Below, piece after piece: positions 57,250 to 64,000 of a DNA stretch of 64,000 nt. Below the pieces are notes generated by a model. The model was not told where the DNA came from. It worked only from the letters and a program-made list of their open reading frames with translations, and made no database searches. The position numbers and the translations under genes were made by a program. Within the stretch, counting starts at the first letter, position 1. Every line of letters begins with the position of its first letter. This DNA is from Fibrobacteria bacterium (lineage in GTDB: Bacteria > Fibrobacterota > Fibrobacteria > UBA11236), in contig JAYTSD010000043.1 in the NCBI GenBank assembly GCA_043745805.1, positions 96,001 to 160,000 of the forward strand. Reading direction: 5' to 3'.

Positions 57250-58611
57250 ATGTCTTGCAAGAAATTTTCCCGCCGAACATATAAGGTCGCAAAAACCCTT
57301 GGATGCTTAAGTGTAGTTATAGCCTTGCAGGGGAATGCCTTTTTATTTGCCGACGATTTATCCAACGGACTTAATGAAGCAGCGGGTGTTAACCTTACGG
57401 CAGAGGAAGGTTTTGGTGCGCGCCAATCGGCACGTTCTATCACCTTTGCAGGCTATAGTGGGGATGCGGACGCAGTGGCTAATGCACCAGCAGCCATGAA
57501 TGATGTTAATGATTTTACTTTTAGTGTGGGACATCTCGAAAAATTTGGGACCGCGAAATTCGATCATTTTAATGTGCTTTTCCCCTTTCAAAGCAATAGT
57601 ACATTGGGCTTGGGCTTGTCTCGCTTTGGCGTGAATGATATTGAAAAAAGGGTAGGGGTGGTTGGCAATTTTACTGAACCGGATGGCTATTTTTCTAGTG
57701 CCGATTATTTGATAGTTGGTGCTTTGGCACGACATTTTGGTGATTTAGATATAGGCGCTAATTTACATATGCTTTACCGCCAATTAGACCAAAGCGGTGT
57801 CGGATTGCGTGGGGATGTGATGGCGCAATATACGGTGGCAGAAAATTTTCGTGTGAATACCCTTATAAAAGGCGCATTACCTTCTTCAGCGCATTGGAGT
57901 AGTGGCTATACTGAATATCAACCCACTGACGTTTTTTTAGGATGCGGATTAAAAGTTCCTGCTGAATATTTTTATGGTGAATTACAAATAGCCCTACAAA
58001 CAGAAGGTTTATTTCAACAAAATGGTAAAAGTCCTACTTCATTAACAGGGGGACGTATTCACGAAAGCCCTCTTGATATTTTGACGACTACAAATTTGGG
58101 ATTGGAATATATTTTTGATTTTGGTCTAGCCCTTAGAGCGGGAACAAATAATTTGGATATAGCGGATTTAATGTCAGTATTTTCTTTAGGATTGGGATAT
58201 TCATGGCGGCATATTGTGACGGTAGATTATAGCTTTGCTCCCGCTCCAGGCTTATTGGCAGCGCAAAGAATCTCCATTCAATGCACGCCTTCTTTTGCGC
58301 ATTTTAACGGTTTAAATTATCGCGGACATAATGCTAAGACAGACGAACAAAAAAAATCTCCAATATCTGTTCCACAAGCTCCTTCTGAGAATGGGGAGAT
58401 GGAGGAAGCGGTTCAAGAAGAGGAATTACCCTTAGCGACAAGACCTAAAACCGAAGTTCAACTCACGCGTCCTGTTTCACCTGCTCAAAGCGCATCAACA
58501 AACGCATCACCAAAAGTGATAGCACCAGATCCATCTAAGCAAACTCCTGCGGCGGACGAAGAACCAAAATCCACTTCGGAAGTATTAGAGAAGGAAGAAA
58601 TTGAAAATTAA
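57250..58611 (+). CDS. PorV/PorQ-like (FadL-type) outer-membrane beta-barrel with disordered C-terminal tail
   Basis: GARQSA...F.G...DA.A..NAPAAM N-terminal pattern; alternating strands LALRAG, FSLGLG and VDYSF. Confidence 0.65.
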   Translation: MSCKKFSRRTYKVAKTLGCLSVVIALQGNAFLFADDLSNGLNEAAGVNLTAEEGFGARQSARSITFAGYSGDADAVANAPAAMNDVNDFTFSVGHLEKFGTAKFDHFNVLFPFQSNSTLGLGLSRFGVNDIEKRVGVVGNFTEPDGYFSSADYLIVGALARHFGDLDIGANLHMLYRQLDQSGVGLRGDVMAQYTVAENFRVNTLIKGALPSSAHWSSGYTEYQPTDVFLGCGLKVPAEYFYGELQIALQTEGLFQQNGKSPTSLTGGRIHESPLDILTTTNLGLEYIFDFGLALRAGTNNLDIADLMSVFSLGLGYSWRHIVTVDYSFAPAPGLLAAQRISIQCTPSFAHFNGLNYRGHNAKTDEQKKSPISVPQAPSENGEMEEAVQEEELPLATRPKTEVQLTRPVSPAQSASTNASPKVIAPDPSKQTPAADEEPKSTSEVLEKEEIEN

Positions 58612-58617
58612 GTTTGC

Positions 58618-59103
58618 TTAATCTTGCCCAATAAAATTGTGCTGATAAGTTTCAAAATTAGGGAGTATGGATACCACCCTATCTAAGCCCACGGTGCGCA
58701 AGCTTTCAATTAAATGTTCATCGTCCGTGATTATGCAGGCCTTTTTCATTTCTTGCGAAAGTCTTTGAATGGATTTGGCCAATAAATGAATGACGGTGCT
58801 ATCGAGATAGGAGCTGGATTTAAATTCAAAGGCTAAGGATTTGGGGTTTTCGTCCAAGCTTTTAGCCACTTCGACTTTCAACAATTCCACATCTTTAATT
58901 TTATATAGTGTACCCATAATAGTCATACGTACATGGCCATGCAGACTTTGTTTTTCAAGCCAGAAGGGGAAATCTTTTTCGGGTTGAAAGGCGGCTTGGC
59001 AGTTGGAGCATTGATTTTCCCCCGAAAGTGATTCGGTAAAAATATGCCCACAATTTTTACATTTTAAAAAGCGAACTGTTGGATATTTCTCTTCGTTTCT
59101 CAA
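58618..59103 (-). CDS. Zinc-ribbon plus STAS (anti-anti-sigma-like) protein
   Basis: CKNC..CSNC, followed by YLDSTVI and LRTVGLDRV (STAS). Confidence 0.75.
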   Translation of the reverse strand: MRNEEKYPTVRFLKCKNCGHIFTESLSGENQCSNCQAAFQPEKDFPFWLEKQSLHGHVRMTIMGTLYKIKDVELLKVEVAKSLDENPKSLAFEFKSSSYLDSTVIHLLAKSIQRLSQEMKKACIITDDEHLIESLRTVGLDRVVSILPNFETYQHNFIGQD

Positions 59104-59267
59104 TTTATCCTGCAGTTATTAATTAGTTTCGTTTTACTCAAAAAAAGTGTGTAAAATATACTTAATGACATCTCATTATTTGTTAGTTTTAGGCATCATT
59201 TTCCACAGGCTCACTGTAGACTTTGTCAGGACTATTAATCGCTCGGTTAAATTCGAGGGGGTAGCTT

Positions 59268-61298
59268 ATCAAATTTGATATTCGATCTGTTGGTATTTTC
59301 GATGTTGTCTCCGCTCGTTTAAACGACGGTGAAGTATTCGATTCTGCTAAACTGAAAAATACAATTCGTTTTTTAATTGAAAACGATATGCGCAATGTGG
59401 TTATCGATCTCGGTACTTTAGAGTACTTGTATAGCGACACTATCAATGCTTTTATCGCCTCCAATCGACATATGCTTGAGGTGAGTGGACGCATAGCCAT
59501 TTTAACTGAACATCCAAAAGTGCAAGATATTTTAAAGCGCGCGGGACTCGATAATATTATGCGCATCTACCGTTCCGAAGCAGAAATGATCGCCGACTCG
59601 AAAGAGATTTTGCGACAAACTTCTAGTTATCGAATTGAAGAATTGCAAAAAATTTCCAGCCAAGCCAATGAACCCCCACCAGTGCCTAAAACTGAATTCG
59701 ATGAATTCCGTATGGAAATGGGTGAACAGCTTGGTAATAAGCTCGAAAATAATGAATTACCGCAGTATCAATTTGGGGCACCACAAGTTACCCCTCAACC
59801 TGTGAGTCCACCGCCTGCGCAGCCACCTGTAAACGCTCCAGCAAATTTTGATTTTCCCACAGTGCAAATGCCTGCTCAACCGTATGCACAAGTCCCTCCC
59901 GTTAGCAATACACCGAATCATGGTGCCACGCAACCTCCCGTGGGCTTTATGCCTACGGATCTCAGTGACGAAGATATTGATCCACGCCAACGTAAAGCTG
60001 GACAAGAACGTTTACGCAATGCACGTCGTCCACAAGGTCGTCGTGTAGGAGGACGTTTTGAAGGGGATGATGCTGAGCTCGAAAACTCACCCGCTCAAAA
60101 TGAAGCAATGGCCTATTCCGAGCCCGCTCCCCAAGCCACTTATGGCATGTCACAAGATATCGCGCCAGAAAATCAACCCTATGAAAAACCCATTTCTTCT
60201 TCAAAATTAGAAGACGATAACAAGTCAGTGGGTAAATGGATATTTATTGTTTTGGCCATTTTATTATTTGGTGGCCTTGCCGTGTTTTATTTCTCCAATA
60301 GTACTTCATCCACACAAGATAAATTGACGAAGGTCGCTCCTAAAGTGGAAACCCCGACAGCTCCAGTGAATGAGTCGTTGCCTCCAGTCGCTGCAAAGCC
60401 TGTTGAAGTCGTTCCCACACCAGGCATTCCAGCTGTAAAGCCAGTGGAAGACGTAAAGCCTGTGTCTGCAGGGAAATCGGGCCATGAGAAAAACCAAGGC
60501 AAGAAACCTAAAGCCGAAGTCAAACCAATTGCACCTACAGAGCCTGTTACACCTACCGCTCCGGTCGAGGTACAAAAGCCTATAGTACCCACTCCCCCTC
60601 CGGCCGTAACAAAGCCTGTAAAGTCCGCCAAGCCCACTTCAACGCCGGCTGTGGCAAATGCTTTTAAAGTGATTAGCAATCCTCCGGGTGCCGAAGTATT
60701 AGTGAACTTCTCTAAAAAAGGAGTTACCCCTCTTGAATTGGAATTAGCAAATAACACTAATAAAATTATGATTCGTTTATCGGGTTATAAAAAATTCGAA
60801 GCAACGGTAGCCAAAAATTCTACGGAACATGAAATCAATGTGACCTTAGAAAAAGACGGCGGCGCAGCTCCTGCTCCTACACCTAAAGTTGAAGAACCGA
60901 AACCAACTCCTCCGCCAAAGCCCACTCCTGTGGTGGAAAAGCCTAAGCCCGAGCCAAAGGAAGAGCCGGTGGTGGAAAAGCCCAAACCAGCTCCTAAACC
61001 CGCGCCGGTGGTGGAAAAACCAAAGCCAGAACCTAAGATTGAAGAACCTGCGGCTGAAAAGCCAAAGTCGGCTCCTCAACCAGGAACGGGTGCTATTGGA
61101 ATAATTTTCTTATCGAGTAGCCCTGCCCGTGCCGATATAACTATCGATGGAAATGCTACAGGAAAGAAAACTCCGGTTAAGGTGGAGCTACCTTCCGGTA
61201 TGCATCGCATTCAAATGTCCAAGGGTGGTCAATCGGCAACGATGGACCAAGAGGTTAATGAAGGCAAGAATAAAGCCTTACACATGACTCTTCAATAG
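59268..61298 (+). CDS. STAS - Pro-rich - TM - PEGA x2 membrane protein
   Basis: STAS motifs VVIDL..LEYLYS and ILKRAGLD; TM WIFIVLAILLFGGLAVFYF; PEGA motifs SNPPGAEV and SSPARADITIDG..KTP. The frame is open from 59265, with an SD-supported ATC at 59268; the first ATG is at 59388. Confidence 0.8.
   Translation: MKFDIRSVGIFDVVSARLNDGEVFDSAKLKNTIRFLIENDMRNVVIDLGTLEYLYSDTINAFIASNRHMLEVSGRIAILTEHPKVQDILKRAGLDNIMRIYRSEAEMIADSKEILRQTSSYRIEELQKISSQANEPPPVPKTEFDEFRMEMGEQLGNKLENNELPQYQFGAPQVTPQPVSPPPAQPPVNAPANFDFPTVQMPAQPYAQVPPVSNTPNHGATQPPVGFMPTDLSDEDIDPRQRKAGQERLRNARRPQGRRVGGRFEGDDAELENSPAQNEAMAYSEPAPQATYGMSQDIAPENQPYEKPISSSKLEDDNKSVGKWIFIVLAILLFGGLAVFYFSNSTSSTQDKLTKVAPKVETPTAPVNESLPPVAAKPVEVVPTPGIPAVKPVEDVKPVSAGKSGHEKNQGKKPKAEVKPIAPTEPVTPTAPVEVQKPIVPTPPPAVTKPVKSAKPTSTPAVANAFKVISNPPGAEVLVNFSKKGVTPLELELANNTNKIMIRLSGYKKFEATVAKNSTEHEINVTLEKDGGAAPAPTPKVEEPKPTPPPKPTPVVEKPKPEPKEEPVVEKPKPAPKPAPVVEKPKPEPKIEEPAAEKPKSAPQPGTGAIGIIFLSSSPARADITIDGNATGKKTPVKVELPSGMHRIQMSKGGQSATMDQEVNEGKNKALHMTLQ
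60928..61030 (+). repeat. PVVEKPKP x3 Pro/Lys/Glu spacer repeat
   Basis: cc.gtggtggaaaa.cc.aa.cc occurs three times between the PEGA domains. Confidence 0.7.
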
Positions 61299-61314
61299 TG
61301 TTTATAATTAGAGT

Positions 61315-62004
61315 GTGAAGCTCTCGCAGCTAGAATTCAAGCCTGGAAAGCGGACCAAATTTGTGGGTCCGCCTCCTTTAAAAAAACCTAAACTGCGGTT
61401 GCTTTTATTGTTGTTACTTGCAGCCCCGGTTTATTTTATTTTAGAAAAACCTGTGGTGATAAAGTTTTTTCATCACACATTACCGGGAAATTTTGCGGGC
61501 TTTATGGATTCGGGAGATGCTATAAAGACGAATCTTGAAGAGACTAAGATTGAATCAGTAAAATCCGAAAAAACTTCTTTGTTGCCAGCACGTCCCATTT
61601 TCAACGCACAAACGCCTTTGCAATCTTTTCGTTTATTTAATCCTGCAGATTCTGCCAGCCAAAATTTGGAAAATAAAAATTGGTTGGGGGATGAAAAGAG
61701 TTTGCTTTTTTTTCCACCAAATAATAATCGTAATTGTGATATTCGCCCCATTTTGCCGGGAAAGTTGGTGAAACTACATCGCGAAGGAAAAAACTCTTGG
61801 GTTAAAATTTATCATGGTTTAAATCTATACTCTACTTATACACATTTTTACCCACTCGCTAATTTGCTGGAAGGTGAAAAAGTTGGAAATATTCTAGGTT
61901 ATATTATGGCTAAAGATAGCAGTGCCTTACCTTTTGAATTGCAAATCGAAAAAGAGGGTTTAATGATTTCTCCCGCCAAATTTTTGAATATGCTATCCGA
62001 ATGA
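61315..62004 (+). CDS. Membrane-anchored protein with degenerate M23-peptidase-like domain
   Basis: N-terminal TM; IRPILPGKLV, VKIYH...STYTH and ILGY...L.FEL resemble the M23 fold, but the HxxxD/HxH ligands are not evident. Confidence 0.5.
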   Translation: MKLSQLEFKPGKRTKFVGPPPLKKPKLRLLLLLLLAAPVYFILEKPVVIKFFHHTLPGNFAGFMDSGDAIKTNLEETKIESVKSEKTSLLPARPIFNAQTPLQSFRLFNPADSASQNLENKNWLGDEKSLLFFPPNNNRNCDIRPILPGKLVKLHREGKNSWVKIYHGLNLYSTYTHFYPLANLLEGEKVGNILGYIMAKDSSALPFELQIEKEGLMISPAKFLNMLSE

Positions 62005-62369
62005 GAGCATCTTGGGAATTCAAAAATGCATATTTGCAAATTTATCAGCAGGGTCATCGATGGCCACAGTCCGCGGTAGCTTATATTTATCATTTACTTG
62101 CACGTAGAATTAGACCTGCTGCGAGATCTGTCATTGGGCCTGTGGAACTACAACATTTAAATACCGAAATTATTTGTCAAAAATTTAAACAAGAATTAAA
62201 AAATGATTTTGGAAAATTGGCGAAAAACGTTCTGTATGATTGGGGAATAAATAGCTATTCTCAATTGGGGCAAATTATATTTGCCTTGGCAGAAAACAAA
62301 TGTTTGGTTTTACAGGAAAGTGATCGCTTGGAAGATTATGAAAAGGCCGGAAACATTGAGTTGGAATAG
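62001..62369 (+). CDS. Minf_1886-family-like protein
   Basis: H....IC.......FG.LA..VL..WGI.....G.IIF.L.E pattern. Confidence 0.6.
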   Translation: MRASWEFKNAYLQIYQQGHRWPQSAVAYIYHLLARRIRPAARSVIGPVELQHLNTEIICQKFKQELKNDFGKLAKNVLYDWGINSYSQLGQIIFALAENKCLVLQESDRLEDYEKAGNIELE

Positions 62370-63069
62370 CTTGCTTGGCATTGCAGTATTATCGGCAAGT
62401 TTTTTTTGGGCTTGCTTAGGCGATAATAATGTGGTGCGTGAACCCACCAAGGTCAGCACAATTCAAGTAGATAGTTTACGCTTTTTACCCGTGGGCAAAA
62501 GATTTATAACTGACTCGAATGCGCAAATTTTATTTCAGCATATCCATGCCGGTTTTAAATGCTCCATGATTTCCCCCTTTGGAATGAATAGTGATATGCA
62601 TGGCGATACTTTATTTTTATCTCCTAACATTGGAGCGATTTTACCGGCTAATGAAAATTGTGCTTTAGATTCTAATGGACGGGATAGCATTTCCCTTTTT
62701 TACTTTCATGATTCATTAAACTCTATTCAGCTTAGAAACTCTAAGGGTACGGTAACCGACAAAGCTTTAAGAGTCAAAGCGCATAGTTATGCGGATAGTT
62801 TTTTATTGATTAAAGGAATTTCTCAGCAAAGCGATTCTAGTCGCTTTGCTTTTAGCGACACAGCAGGAATTTTTCCACGCCTATTAAGGGCGAAAAGTTT
62901 AACAGCTTGCGAAGCCTTGAATTATGCAAATTATCGTAAGTATGGAGACACTTTAAAAATCACTTTTGGTTGGGTACTTTTTGACTCATTGCTTGTCCCT
63001 ACACATTGCGATACGGCCATTTCTCGACAAGAATTTTTGCAAGTGTTGCCGGCTTTAATAATTCCTTAA
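62338..63069 (+). CDS. Hypothetical lipoprotein
   Basis: The ATG at 62338 gives MKRPETLSWNSLLGIAVLSASFFWAC (lipobox-like). Confidence 0.55.
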   Translation: MKRPETLSWNSLLGIAVLSASFFWACLGDNNVVREPTKVSTIQVDSLRFLPVGKRFITDSNAQILFQHIHAGFKCSMISPFGMNSDMHGDTLFLSPNIGAILPANENCALDSNGRDSISLFYFHDSLNSIQLRNSKGTVTDKALRVKAHSYADSFLLIKGISQQSDSSRFAFSDTAGIFPRLLRAKSLTACEALNYANYRKYGDTLKITFGWVLFDSLLVPTHCDTAISRQEFLQVLPALIIP

Positions 63070-63089
63070 AAGGATTACTTAGTTTTATT

Positions 63090-64000
63090 TTAAGTCGATA
63101 AAATTTTTGTTAAATAACCACATAGGTTTTTGGGTAAATCATCAGTGGCGATATTTTTCATCCCTTCGCTTGCCAAGTGTTGATAGTGATGCCGTAAAGT
63201 CTCATCATTCCATAATTGCATAATCGCCTCGGCCAATTTATGTTCATCAGCACAATTAATTCCCAAGGCTAACCCTTGTGCGAATTCTGCTTGGCTAGAG
63301 GCATCATGATAAATACAGGCTTTGCCTTGTGTGAGCGCTTCGTATAAAGGGAATCCAAAGCCTTCGTATAAGGAACTGCTGATGAAAAGTGTGCATTGCG
63401 CATAATACGCCCACAAAAGGTTTTCTTCAATATACCCTAATAAATGCACATGATTTTGCATAGCATGTGTTTGAATAGTTTGTTCTAGTTCCGCTAGTCC
63501 CCAAGCTTTATTGCCAACAATAAATAAATCGGGTATTGTCGGGTTTTGTTTTTTTGCCCCAGCAAAAGCTTTTACCAAGAGCGGAAAGTTTTTGCGTGGT
63601 TCAATATTTCCCACTCCTAGCAGAAACGGCACAGAGAAAATGGTTTTTGAGAAAGTAATATTTTTATGACTTTGCATCGGTTTATAATTAGGTGGGATTA
63701 CAGCGATATGGGGTATGGCGTCAGTAAATAAGTGTCTTATTCTTTGTTGGGTAAATTGAGTGCTAGTGATAAGAGCTTGTGCTTGAGGGATTTTTTTTCG
63801 TAACCAATTTCGATTATAATTATCAAATTTCGAATTGCGCCAGCCTAATTTTTCCAATGGAGCAACATCGGCAATCAATAGAATATAAAGCGCATGTGGC
63901 TTCCACCAAGGTAGGGTTTGCCCTAAACACAAGACACCTTTAGGAGCTTTTCGCCAAATGAGAAAGGGGAAAATAATTTGCGTCCATAAACGAAAAGGTT
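63090..64000 (-). CDS. Glycosyltransferase family 4 (GT-B), 5'-truncated by the window end
   Basis: VGNIEPRKN and SLYEGFGFP.YEA motifs; the frame stays open to base 64000. Confidence 0.9.
   Translation of the reverse strand, partial: PFRLWTQIIFPFLIWRKAPKGVLCLGQTLPWWKPHALYILLIADVAPLEKLGWRNSKFDNYNRNWLRKKIPQAQALITSTQFTQQRIRHLFTDAIPHIAVIPPNYKPMQSHKNITFSKTIFSVPFLLGVGNIEPRKNFPLLVKAFAGAKKQNPTIPDLFIVGNKAWGLAELEQTIQTHAMQNHVHLLGYIEENLLWAYYAQCTLFISSSLYEGFGFPLYEALTQGKACIYHDASSQAEFAQGLALGINCADEHKLAEAIMQLWNDETLRHHYQHLASEGMKNIATDDLPKNLCGYLTKILST

Noticed and set aside
59189..59566. 125-aa minus-strand ORF between the STAS genes
   Set aside because: It is mostly antisense to the STAS domain of the plus-strand gene, which has the clear family signature.
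60880..61080. Short DNA repeats resembling a CRISPR array or VNTR
   Set aside because: They are in-frame codon repeats of a Pro/Lys/Glu linker with synonymous variation, and there are no cas genes.

Overview
Bacterial chromosomal window, gene-dense, with no rRNA, tRNA, CRISPR array or transposase visible. Split carboxypeptidase-regulatory/CTD-like N-termini, a PorV-like barrel and T9SS-CTD-like tails suggest a Fibrobacterota/FCB-group host (inference). There are five blocks. (1) 1-12.6 kb, visibly more GC-rich: a probable phosphorus-scavenging cluster with two beta-helix surface proteins, a TonB-dependent receptor, a PhoX-fold protein whose metal ligands look degenerate, and a metallophosphoesterase. 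(2) 12.7-16.6 kb, minus strand: an iron-uptake operon (porin, imelysin, di-heme oxidoreductase) with a Fur-like palindrome. (3) 17.15-50.8 kb, plus strand: a ~33.6 kb contractile injection system (eCIS-type, no capsid, terminase or lysis genes). It encodes sheath, tube, cap, AAA+ ATPase, hub, spike, PAAR-like tip, gp25, two baseplate-J proteins, wedge and a DUF6519 beta-helix fibre, followed by three tandem DUF4157 polymorphic toxins with no immunity genes. The most unusual element is a ~280-aa Ala-rich coiled-coil hairpin with a central hydrophobic tip inside the second baseplate protein. (4) 50.8-57.2 kb, minus strand: HAD-NUDIX, folB, a pteridine-reductase-like SDR, a carbohydrate ABC transporter and a 29-aa membrane micropeptide missing from the ORF track. 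(5) 57.2-64 kb: PorV-like protein, a divergent STAS pair (one probably starting at ATC), an M23-like protein, a Minf_1886-like protein, a lipoprotein and a partial GT4 glycosyltransferase. All family assignments come from motifs recognised by eye, not from database searches.
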